Below, one piece after another: positions 1 to 7,449 of a stretch of 25,299 bases of DNA. The first letter of the stretch is position 1, and each line of letters starts with the position of its first letter. Where the stretch lies: positions 1 through 25,299 of the forward strand of contig BTUM01000103.1 of NCBI GenBank assembly GCA_045863235.1, given 5' to 3'. The stretch is from Candidatus Xenobia bacterium (GTDB taxonomy: Bacteria > Vulcanimicrobiota > Xenobia > Xenobiales > QWHO01). A program made the position numbers and the translations under genes. The notes beneath the pieces are model-generated. The model saw nothing but the letters and a program-made list of their open reading frames with translations. It was not told where the DNA came from and did not search any database.

Positions 1-118
1 AGCCTGAGGCACCTCGAACGCGCCTCATGAGGCGCACCTTTGCTGCCTCACCGGACCGAGCACAGCCTGAGGCACCTCGAACGCGCCTCATGAGGCGCAC
101 CTTTGCTGCCTCACCGGA
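1..118. repeat. Tandem direct repeat, 63-bp period (55 bp identical: 1-55 and 64-118), each unit with a perfect 16-bp palindrome GCGCCTCATGAGGCGC; REP-like, probably truncated by the window edge
   Basis: agcctgaggcacctcgaacgcgcctcatgaggcgcacctttgctgcctcaccgga occurs at 1 and 64; palindrome at 20-35 and 83-98; outer inverted pair TGAGGCA (5-11)/TGCCTCA (44-50). Confidence 0.9.
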
Positions 119-134
119 ACTCTCTTCAACAGGC

Positions 135-143
135 TGGTATACT
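135..143 (+). promoter_or_regulatory. Extended -10 sigma70/SigA promoter (TGgTATACT), likely leaderless transcript of the pilin cluster
   Basis: TG-n-TATACT ends 7 nt before ATG 151; no strong SD. Confidence 0.6.
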
Positions 144-150
144 GCTAGGT

Positions 151-1863
151 ATGCAAAGGAGGGGCGCGGCCCTGGCGACGGTCCTCGGGCTGGTAGTGCT
201 GCTGCTGTTCGTGTGCGTGACGGTGGCGGCGCTGTCTATCACCAACCTGAACTTCTCACGCTCGTTTCGCGAAGCGGTGCAGGCTGAGCTGCTGGCCCGG
301 TCGGCCATCGCCCAGTTCATCGCCGACTGCGAGGCCGACCCGGTCGGGTCGGGGCTCGATCCCTCCTCCCCTCCTCCGCTGGCCGGCCGCTATCCCGGGG
401 GCAACATCTTTCCCGATGGGGGCACGCGCCTGGGCGGCACCGCCGAGGTCACCTTCGACCTGACCCGGCCCTTCCACTCGGTGGACAACTCCCAGAACGA
501 GCTTCCGGCCCAGGGCTGGAGCGACCGCGGAACCACCCGCCGCAGCGTGCCCGCCTTCGGGGTCAGCCTGGTGATGAAGATCTCCACCGGGCGCAAGACG
601 ACCTACTACGAAGCCATGCTGCGGCGTCGCTGGCCTTTCGTGCTGGCCTCTCACAGCCCCATCGGGTTTCTGGGCGGAGCCGCCGGAAGCGGACGCTCCT
701 CGCTCGTCACCGGCGACCTCCTGGTCTATCCCAAACACGACGAGCCCCCGCTGCCCGACCCGATGCCTCTGACCACGGTCGGAATTCCCATCGATCTCGA
801 GCTTTACCAGCGCATCAAGAACTACAACAGCGCCCCCAAGGCGGGAGTCGTGGCAGTCGGCTCGATGTCTCTGCCGGGCCCGTGGAACCTGACTCAGGGG
901 AACCGCTACGAAGGCCAGGCCAACTTCGTGGCCGGCCAGTGGAGCGGGGGAATGGCCCCGATCGTCCACGCCAATCCTGGCAACACGGCCATTCCCAGCC
1001 CGCGAGCCGACCGTTACAACGTCAACGGCTACCTGCCCCCCCTGCCCGGCGATCCCCCGGGGACGCAGCGCAGCATCCTGGACACCATCATGACAGTGCC
1101 CGGCGCGGGCGGCGACGACCTGGTCTCCATCGTGCCTCCCAACACCCTCAAGGAGCTGCCGGTTGGATCGTTCGGCAAGTACTACCTTCTCGAGCGAGAC
1201 ATCTGGCTGGTGGACCGTCCCGAATCCCTGCCCACCCCCATGCCCCCGACACCCGCCGGCCCCCCCGAAGTCATTTTTGGCACCGACTTTCAACTGACCG
1301 GCGCACTGGGAAACCGCTATCTCGGCGCCAGCGGTGTCGAGGCGACCGGAGCCAGCATCAAGCTCATCAACAGCACCCTGCATGTGGTGGGAAACCTGGA
1401 CCTGTGCCAGTTCGAGACCAGCGGCGGCACCACCATCGCACCCAGCCTGGAGGGGTCCAACGCCACTTTGATCGTGGAGGGCAACCTGCTGCTCGACGAC
1501 GGGGCCCTGGACGCGGTCAACCGCGGCATGGTCATCTACGCCCAGTCGGCCGTGGTGAAGGCCAAAGGCAACTACCGCGGGCTGATCATGATCCGCGACG
1601 GCGCAGTGTTCTACCCGGGCGATGGAGGGGCTCTGACCATCCAGGGAGGCCTGGTCACCGGAGCCCGCCGGGCCTTCTTCTCGCTCTACCAGCCCCCCGC
1701 GACGCCCGGCGGGCCGCCGCCCCCGCCCGATCCCAACTATCCCCCCTTTGCCGTCAGCGGGCTGAACCTGTTCGCCACCGTGCTCACCTACAAGCCGGCC
1801 TACCTCAAGAGCATCAACGCCTTCGGGAAGTACGAGCCCATGCTCTTGCGCAAGCTGCTGTGA
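151..1863 (+). CDS. PilX-like type IV minor pilin with large C-terminal beta-rich (putative adhesin) domain, 570 aa
   Basis: MQRRG|AALATVLGLVVLLLFV: basic leader, Gly, hydrophobic helix lacking Glu5 (PilX/GspK trait), followed by QAELLARSAI; C-terminal beta-strand repeats LHVVGNLDL, LIVEGNLLL, LTIQGGLV; ATG 151 preferred over TTG 103. Confidence 0.75.
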   Translation: MQRRGAALATVLGLVVLLLFVCVTVAALSITNLNFSRSFREAVQAELLARSAIAQFIADCEADPVGSGLDPSSPPPLAGRYPGGNIFPDGGTRLGGTAEVTFDLTRPFHSVDNSQNELPAQGWSDRGTTRRSVPAFGVSLVMKISTGRKTTYYEAMLRRRWPFVLASHSPIGFLGGAAGSGRSSLVTGDLLVYPKHDEPPLPDPMPLTTVGIPIDLELYQRIKNYNSAPKAGVVAVGSMSLPGPWNLTQGNRYEGQANFVAGQWSGGMAPIVHANPGNTAIPSPRADRYNVNGYLPPLPGDPPGTQRSILDTIMTVPGAGGDDLVSIVPPNTLKELPVGSFGKYYLLERDIWLVDRPESLPTPMPPTPAGPPEVIFGTDFQLTGALGNRYLGASGVEATGASIKLINSTLHVVGNLDLCQFETSGGTTIAPSLEGSNATLIVEGNLLLDDGALDAVNRGMVIYAQSAVVKAKGNYRGLIMIRDGAVFYPGDGGALTIQGGLVTGARRAFFSLYQPPATPGGPPPPPDPNYPPFAVSGLNLFATVLTYKPAYLKSINAFGKYEPMLLRKLL

Positions 1864-2213
1864 AGAAAGGCCTCTCCTTGCTCGAGCTGGTGGTTGCCTT
1901 CGGGCTGCTGGCCCTGGTGCTGCCCTTCGTGCTCAACCTGATCCCCAGCGGCACCCTGGCCATGAAGAAGGCCGAGGAGATTCAGGAAGCCTCGGCTTAC
2001 GGCTGGAAGCTGATCGAGGAGGCACGGGCCTCGACCGCGCTGGGGGTGGACCTGAACACCCAGGTGACCCTGGGAACCACACAGTACCAGGTGGTGCGGG
2101 AGATCTACCAGGTGGACGACCGCCTGCGTGACGTGGTGGTCGAGCTCAGGCCTCGTCGTGGTGAGCCGCAACGTCTGGCCGCGCGAATGGAGCTTCATGC
2201 GCCGCCGCCCTGA
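1860..2213 (+). CDS. Prepilin-type N-terminal cleavage/methylation protein (PilV-like minor pilin), 117 aa
   Basis: GTG start overlaps upstream stop (GTGA); MKKG|LSLLELVVAFGLLALV with Glu5. Confidence 0.85.
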   Translation: MKKGLSLLELVVAFGLLALVLPFVLNLIPSGTLAMKKAEEIQEASAYGWKLIEEARASTALGVDLNTQVTLGTTQYQVVREIYQVDDRLRDVVVELRPRRGEPQRLAARMELHAPPP

Positions 2214-2769
2214 AGGCTTGAGCCTGCTGGAAGTGTTGGTGGTGGGTGGTCTCTTCCTGCTGCTCCTGGCCCTGGTCGTGGGGGTGCTGGTGCCCACCCT
2301 GCGGGCCTGGCTGCGGGGGGACTTGCGCTCGCAGGTGCAGCAGAACGCACTGCTGGTTGTCACCCGACTGCGCGAGGAGTACCGCGCCAGCCTCCCTCCC
2401 ACGGTCACCCTGCCGGCCGGAGCCATCACCTTCGCCTCCCACCAGCGCCCCGATGGCGACCTGCAGTATCAGGACGGGGACTTGCTCTTCCAGAAGTACG
2501 TGGTGCTCTACCACGATGCCGCCCGACGCGAGGTTCGCTGGCAGAACCTGGCCCTCACGCCCGATCCGGCCCCTTCCCCGCTGGCCGGCTACACGCCCCG
2601 CGCCGACGACCGGGTGGTGGCCCGCAACATCCGCCTGCTGCGCTTCACGCCCGCTGCCCTGGGACGGATCGAGGTGCGGGTGGAGAGCGAGTTGGGCGGA
2701 CGCGTGTCGGTGCTCGACACCCAGATCAGCCCGCTCATCCCTCCCCCGCCGGGCACTAGCTCCCCCTAG
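2197..2769 (+). CDS. Prepilin-type N-terminal cleavage/methylation protein (PilW/PulJ-like minor pilin), 190 aa
   Basis: GGAG SD then ATG 2197; MRRRPEG|LSLLEVLVVGGLFLLLL with Glu5; RVVARNIRLLRF near the C-terminus resembles PilW-like proteins. Confidence 0.85.
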   Translation: MRRRPEGLSLLEVLVVGGLFLLLLALVVGVLVPTLRAWLRGDLRSQVQQNALLVVTRLREEYRASLPPTVTLPAGAITFASHQRPDGDLQYQDGDLLFQKYVVLYHDAARREVRWQNLALTPDPAPSPLAGYTPRADDRVVARNIRLLRFTPAALGRIEVRVESELGGRVSVLDTQISPLIPPPPGTSSP

Positions 2770-2884
2770 TCGCGAAGTTCACACCCTGTTCATTGGGAGT
2801 TCACCTTTCCCGACCCAGGAAGCATACACTGTGCCCTGTGCTCAGCACGCAAAACAACTGCATATCGAAGGAGTTCTCATAGAC

Positions 2885-3562
2885 ATGACCAGCCTTTCCA
2901 TCAATCCTCGCATCTACCTCAACGAGCAGCCCCCGGCTCCGCCTACGCCGCCGGCGCCCCAGCCGCCCACGGCGGAAGAGGTCTACCAGGCCGTGGACGC
3001 CCTGCTGATCGCCTCCAAGGAAGCCATGCAGCAGGATCCCGCCGCCCGCGAGCAGCTCAAGCAGATCTCGAGCGAAGTGAAGACCACCTTCAAGGCCGAC
3101 CTGACGGGCCTGGCCGAGGTTCCCCAGACGGCCGAAGATTGCCGCCTGCTGGCCCTCAACGCCCTGGCCGCCGGCATGCTGGCCGGCGCCCTGGACGGCG
3201 CCGTGCTGATGCACGCTGACGCCGCCAGCCAGGTGGCCGCCCCCCGCAGCCAGTCCAATCCTGACGGCATCGGCGAGGACATCGGCAAGGCCATCGACCG
3301 CTTCTTCGAAGAGCTGCAGCAGAAGCTGGCCGAAGCCGTGGAGAAGATGAAGGAAGTCGGCGCCGACGCGCTGCAGGCCGCCTCGGCCCAGGGCAAGGAG
3401 TTCGGCAGCCAGGCCGTGGATGAGTCCGAGCGCCTGGTGGGAGCCAACAAGCTGCAGGCGCAGGCCTACATGGCCAGCGTGTTCGGCCTGGGCTACGCCA
3501 TCGGTGGCACCGACGCCGCCATCGTGATGATCGCCAACCAGGTGCCCGGCCAGGAAGGCTAA
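2885..3562 (+). CDS. Hypothetical alpha-helical protein with an internal two-fold repeat, 225 aa
   Basis: AAGGAG SD upstream of ATG 2885, strongly G/C-ending codons, followed by an intrinsic terminator. Confidence 0.8.
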   Translation: MTSLSINPRIYLNEQPPAPPTPPAPQPPTAEEVYQAVDALLIASKEAMQQDPAAREQLKQISSEVKTTFKADLTGLAEVPQTAEDCRLLALNALAAGMLAGALDGAVLMHADAASQVAAPRSQSNPDGIGEDIGKAIDRFFEELQQKLAEAVEKMKEVGADALQAASAQGKEFGSQAVDESERLVGANKLQAQAYMASVFGLGYAIGGTDAAIVMIANQVPGQEG

Positions 3563-3574
3563 CGCTCCTGCCTC

Positions 3575-3611
3575 AAAAGGGCCCGACCGCGAAGGTCGGG
3601 CCCTTTTTTTT
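3575..3611 (+). terminator. Rho-independent terminator (probably bidirectional)
   Basis: AAAAGGGCCCGACC-GCGAA-GGTCGGGCCC-T8 between convergent genes. Confidence 0.9.
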
Positions 3612-3614
3612 CAG

Positions 3615-4001
3615 TCAGATTGTGTAGCTGGTCACGTCCACTTTCCAGACCTGGTCCTCGAGCAGCAGCTTGACCTCCTTGGTCAGCACCTCCTTGGACT
3701 GCTTCTCACTGAAGATGAGCGTGGCTTTGTTGCCGCTGATCTGGGCGTCCACCAGGGGGAGTATCCCTCGCTCGCGCTCCATTCGGGTCACGGTCTGCAG
3801 CATCTTGAGCCATTTTGTCTGCTTGTCCGAGGTCAACCCCCGCAGGTAGACCACCGAGGCCCTGGTGACGAAGGGATAGACCTCGCTGATGCGGGTGGCC
3901 TTCAGGCCGGCCTGCTCGAAGGCCTGGGAGGCGGCCAACGCCTCCGACTTGAGGTCGGCCAGGGCCGGGAGCAGCAGAAGCAAGACGAGCAAGAGACGCA
4001 T
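3615..4001 (-). CDS. Hypothetical secreted protein, 128 aa
   Basis: MRLLLVLLLLLPALA|D signal peptide with AxA site; ends LLLEDQVWKV, reminiscent of NTF2-like/DUF4878-type folds. Confidence 0.7.
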   Translation of the reverse strand: MRLLLVLLLLLPALADLKSEALAASQAFEQAGLKATRISEVYPFVTRASVVYLRGLTSDKQTKWLKMLQTVTRMERERGILPLVDAQISGNKATLIFSEKQSKEVLTKEVKLLLEDQVWKVDVTSYTI

Positions 4002-4148
4002 GGGCGGGCGGTTCGGGACAGGGGGGGTCAGTTCATTCCTGTGCGTCAGCCAGTCATTGCATCGCGGCGCCGGTTCAATTTCCGGCAGCACGGCGGATTC
4101 TGCGCAGGGCTGCGGTGCGGGCTGGAGGTCGGTCCGGGCTCCGAAGTG

Positions 4149-5807
4149 TCAGCCCGCCAGCACCGGAACCGCTGAGCCGAGCTCGCGCTGGGCCTGGACC
4201 ACCCGCCGAACCACTTCCTCCACCCACGCCTCCTCGACGAAGGGCGAGAGGATGTAGGACTTGATGGCCACCACCGGCAGACCGTAGCGGGTCGAGCGGT
4301 AGCTCTCGGTCAGGCTCAGCAGCACGCCTCGCCCCTGCATGGCCTCGGCGTGGAGGATCTCAAACAGCTCGCGGTTGTACTGGTTGTGGCGGAGCAAGCG
4401 CTCGCGGAAGGCGGGGTCGGTCAGTTCCTGGCCGGGCACCTGGAAGGTGTCCACGTCGGGGGGATAGACCCGAAAGAGCGTGACCGGCCCCACGTTGGCA
4501 CGATTGAGGACGGTGATCTGCGGATGGGACTCGAGGTGCTCGCGCAAGAGCTGGGCCATCTCCACCTGGTGACCCACCAGCGCCTGCAGGCCCCGCCGCC
4601 CGAAGAGCTTGAGGTTGGCCAGCGCGGCCAGCACCCCGGTGGCTCCCCGCGAAGTCTCCAGCGTGTACATCCCGGGCCGATAGTGGCCGTGGTGATAGAG
4701 ATAGGGCATGCTCTCCGGATCGCGCGCCAAAAGGCCCAGGTCCTCTCGCTGGCGGAACAGCACCAGGCTGGAGATGTAAGGGGTGAAGCCGGTCTTGTGA
4801 AAGTCGACCCCGATCGAGTCGGCCAGGGGCAGGTGGCGCAGGCGCCGGTGCGATGCCGCCAGGGCCCGCAGCGTACGGGGCCGGAAGGCCAGCGCGTTGA
4901 CCTCGAAGTCGTAGCGGTCGAAGGCCGCCCAGGCCCAGCCGATGACGGCGTCGGCATGCACGTGAGGGCGGTAGCTGAGCTCGAACTCGATGACCAGCCG
5001 GTCGCGCAGGGCCACCACCGCCTCCAGATCATCGATGCCATGCGCATCGGTAGAGCCCATCGTGACCAGGAAGGCGGCGATCGGCCTGCCCGCCTGGAGG
5101 GCCTCGCGGGCGCGGGCCTCCAGCTCGATCAGGTCGATCTCGTTGTCGACCGTGGTGGGCACGGTGACCACCGAGCGAGCGCCCAGGCCCAGCCAGGAGG
5201 CGATGCTGTAGCGGCAGTAGTGACTGGCGTCGCTGGCCAGCAGGACGGCCTGCGAGTCGCCCAAGCCTTGTTGCATGGAGCCCGGCACGGCCTTCTCCAG
5301 CCCGACCCGGGTTGCGTAGAGGCTGCAGCCGGTCCCTCCGAAGGTGAACACGCCCCCGGCCCGATCGGGATCATAGCCCACCAGGTCGCAGGTCAGCGTG
5401 GTCGCCTCCACCTCGGCCACCGCCAGGCCATGGCTGTACTCGTCCCAGCTCATGTTCTGGTTGGCCAGCCCGGCCAGCAGAAAGCCGATCAGCGAGGCGA
5501 TGGTGGGAGGAGGCACCACATTGGGCTGAGCTCCCGGGTGTCCCCACAGCGCAGCGCCCTCCAGGCACCCTACCAGCTCGGCCACGACCTCTTCGAGCGG
5601 GCGGCAATCCTCGGCCAATCGCGAGGCGGTGGCTCGGGCATAGTCCAGCGGACGACGCTGGCCGAAGATGGGCCGCTCGCTCTTGAGCGCGTCCACGGCG
5701 TCCAGCGCCCGCATCACGGTGTGCACGAAGTAGCTGTCGTGGAGTCGGTCGCTGACGGGCTGGGGGAAGACTTCTCGGAGTTTGAGGATCAGGTCACGGT
5801 GCTGCAT
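4149..5807 (-). CDS. Group II PLP-dependent amino-acid decarboxylase (glutamate/diaminobutyrate/aromatic decarboxylase family), 552 aa
   Basis: GVFTFGGT, HYC, TMGSTDAHGIDD, HVHADAVIG and DSIGVDFHKTG (PLP lysine) motifs; ATG 5807 preferred, TTG 5834 possible. Confidence 0.9.
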   Translation of the reverse strand: MQHRDLILKLREVFPQPVSDRLHDSYFVHTVMRALDAVDALKSERPIFGQRRPLDYARATASRLAEDCRPLEEVVAELVGCLEGAALWGHPGAQPNVVPPPTIASLIGFLLAGLANQNMSWDEYSHGLAVAEVEATTLTCDLVGYDPDRAGGVFTFGGTGCSLYATRVGLEKAVPGSMQQGLGDSQAVLLASDASHYCRYSIASWLGLGARSVVTVPTTVDNEIDLIELEARAREALQAGRPIAAFLVTMGSTDAHGIDDLEAVVALRDRLVIEFELSYRPHVHADAVIGWAWAAFDRYDFEVNALAFRPRTLRALAASHRRLRHLPLADSIGVDFHKTGFTPYISSLVLFRQREDLGLLARDPESMPYLYHHGHYRPGMYTLETSRGATGVLAALANLKLFGRRGLQALVGHQVEMAQLLREHLESHPQITVLNRANVGPVTLFRVYPPDVDTFQVPGQELTDPAFRERLLRHNQYNRELFEILHAEAMQGRGVLLSLTESYRSTRYGLPVVAIKSYILSPFVEEAWVEEVVRRVVQAQRELGSAVPVLAG

Positions 5808-6011
5808 GAGGCCAGAATGGAGTGGGTGCGTCAAGCGAACATCAGGTGGAGATCTCGGATCCCTCGGAGGAGTGAACGCCAGGTGAACGGTTTGCGGTCG
5901 GGACGGTTCATGATTCGTTTACCTGAAGACCCCGCATTCAACGCTCGATGGACGTTTCCAAGGACCAGGTCATGGTTTCATGGGGAAAACCAGGACCAAG
6001 GAGCGCCGGAC

Positions 6012-6659
6012 ATGCTGATCAATACTCACTTCTCAACCCGCCCGCTAGCGGCGGTGAGCCGGCCCGCGGGCGAGTGCTCGGACCTGTCAGGACCGACTGA
6101 TAGCGTGGAGTTCTCCAATTCGTCGGGGACAAACCAGGTCTCTCTCCGCTTCCAGGGGGTCGCCCCCGTGCCGATGCTCCCGCCGCGTTACCAGGGAGCG
6201 AGTGCCTTCCGCAAGCCTGGCATGGAGGGGGTCATCCACCAGGGACTCACCACCGCCCGTAAGTCGGTCACCGGGCTGATGGCCGGGCTGGCCCTGCTGG
6301 CCTGCGCGGCGCTGCCCATCGACCAGTGCCAGGCCGCCCCCGCCACCGTCATCCCGGCGGCGGCCGTGCAGGCCTACGAGAACCTGACCGGCGAGCAGAA
6401 GCGCGAGATCGCTTCCCAACTGGACGGGACCTCGGGCGTGCTCTGGTTCACGGTGCAGAACCGCCAGGCTTTCATCGACGGCAAGGTGGGCCCGGTCAAC
6501 GTGTTCAACCACCTGCGCGACCAGCTCAAGGACAAGCGTTCCTCGGGCACGATGACCGAAGACTCCTTCCGGCGCCTGTCGGCCGCCCTGAACGCGGCCG
6601 AGAAGCTCACCGCCAAACAGCGCGAGCAGTTGCTGGAGCACTTCGTTCCCCGGCACTGA
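6012..6659 (+). CDS. Hypothetical protein with one internal hydrophobic segment, 215 aa
   Basis: AAGGAG SD at 5998-6003, ATG 6012; hydrophobic VTGLMAGLALLACAALP; good codon bias in the 3' half. Confidence 0.7.
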   Translation: MLINTHFSTRPLAAVSRPAGECSDLSGPTDSVEFSNSSGTNQVSLRFQGVAPVPMLPPRYQGASAFRKPGMEGVIHQGLTTARKSVTGLMAGLALLACAALPIDQCQAAPATVIPAAAVQAYENLTGEQKREIASQLDGTSGVLWFTVQNRQAFIDGKVGPVNVFNHLRDQLKDKRSSGTMTEDSFRRLSAALNAAEKLTAKQREQLLEHFVPRH

Positions 6660-6717
6660 GGGCACTCGACGGCGGAGCACACCTGGATCGCCTTCACGCC
6701 GCCCCCGGAGCCCTAGT

Positions 6718-7077
6718 ATCGAACATTTGTACGATACCACCGGTCTAAATTCGGAACGTGCGTTCGATTCTTTCGGGCGTGCGGGTTGCTCCCGCACCGA
6801 GCCAGCCTCGAATGCCGTGCGAAAATCGCGGGATCCTTTCGCTGGGCCAGAACCCGAACGGAGTTCATTGGGTAGCCGGGGGGCCCCTCGCTCGCGGCCC
6901 CGCCTTCAGCGCCGTCCCCGGACCTGAGCATCGAACGTTTGTACGATACCGCCGGTATAAATTCGGAACGTACGTTCGATCCTTTCGGGCGTGCGGGTCC
7001 AACGTGGCCTCATGCGGGCGCGTTGCTCCCGCACCGAGCCTGCTCCGGGGCCTTGCGGAAGTCGCGAGGTCCTTTCG
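6718..7077. repeat. Imperfect tandem duplication (period 212 bp; copies start at 6718 and 6930), each carrying two LexA-type boxes
   Basis: First 68 bp differ at 5 positions; copy 2 has a ~25-nt insertion; similarity continues to 6841/7077. Confidence 0.9.
6719..6980. promoter_or_regulatory. Four Gram-positive-type SOS (LexA) box matches
   Basis: GAAC-ATTT-GTAC 6721-6732; GAAC-GTGC-GTTC 6754-6765; GAAC-GTTT-GTAC 6933-6944; GAAC-GTAC-GTTC 6966-6977; same motif as the box upstream of uvrA. Confidence 0.65.
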
Positions 7078-7088
7078 GACGGAGCTCC

Positions 7089-7125
7089 AAAAAGAAAGAA
7101 ACCTCACATCGCTGCGAGGTTTCTT
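7089..7125 (-). terminator. Rho-independent terminator after tRNA-Tyr
   Basis: Minus strand AAGAAACCTCGCA-GCGA-TGTGAGGTTTCTT followed by TCTTTTT. Confidence 0.8.
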
Positions 7126-7211
7126 GGTGGGCAGGGAGAGATTCGAACTCCCGTAGCGCGTAGCGCGGCAGGTTTACAGCCTGCTGCCATTGTCCACTCG
7201 GCCACCTACCC
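7125..7211 (-). tRNA. trnY: tRNA-Tyr(GTA), 87 nt, encoded CCA
   Basis: Acceptor GGGTAGG/CCTGCCC, anticodon arm GCAGG-CTGTAAA-CCTGC, long variable arm GCGC-TAC-GCGC, T-loop TTCGAAT, A73-CCA. Confidence 0.97.
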
Positions 7212-7234
7212 GTTTGTTGAGGGACGCGCGCCTC

Positions 7235-7264
7235 AATATAGCGGCGCCCCCCGGGGATTGTCAA
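7235..7264 (-). promoter_or_regulatory. Sigma70/SigA promoter for tRNA-Tyr
   Basis: TTGACA (7264-7259)-N18-TATATT (7240-7235) followed by a GC-rich discriminator GAGGCGCGCG. Confidence 0.75.
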
Positions 7265-7305
7265 CTGCGATCTTCGTCGCCAGGGCTCACGAAGCAAGAA
7301 AGTTT

Positions 7306-7381
7306 TGGGGCCCCGAGCCGGACTCGAACCGGCGACCTTCCGCTTACAAGGCGGGAGCTCTACCAACTGAGCTATCAGGGC
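7306..7381 (-). tRNA. trnT: tRNA-Thr(TGT), 76 nt, encoded CCA
   Basis: GCCCTGA/TCGGGGC acceptor, D arm GCTC-AGTTGGTA-GAGC, anticodon loop CTTGTAA, T arm GCCGG-TTCGAGT-CCGGC, CCA. Confidence 0.97.
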
Positions 7382-7449
7382 GTTCCCGAAACGGAGACGA
7401 CGCACCCGAAAGTGCGTCGTCGACGCTTCCGACCAGCGGTGCGGTCGAC

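Noticed and set aside
1..126. CRISPR array interpretation of the 63-bp periodic repeat
   Set aside because: The repeat is 55 bp with only 8 bp between copies, two copies are visible and there are no cas genes
2800..2830. CATACACT as a sporulation sigma E/K -10 element
   Set aside because: Short motif with imperfect -35 spacing and no evidence of those sigma factors in the window
882..2884. Long upstream extensions of ORFs 882..2213 and 2246..3562
   Set aside because: Alternative-frame overlaps of pilin genes; prepilin motifs and SD place the starts at 1860 and 2885
4350..6011. 5' extension of the 769-aa + strand ORF (4350..6659)
   Set aside because: Antisense shadow of the decarboxylase; the real gene starts at ATG 6012 after AAGGAG
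6660..7125. Integrated element/att site at the tRNA-Tyr 3' end
   Set aside because: No integrase and no duplicated tRNA 3' end were found in the window
6727..7163. Paralogous small ORFs MYDTTGLNSER.../MYDTAGINSER... in the LexA-box repeat
   Set aside because: TTG starts lie inside the box with no SD, the ~25-nt insertion breaks frame correspondence, and the second ORF runs antisense into tRNA-Tyr
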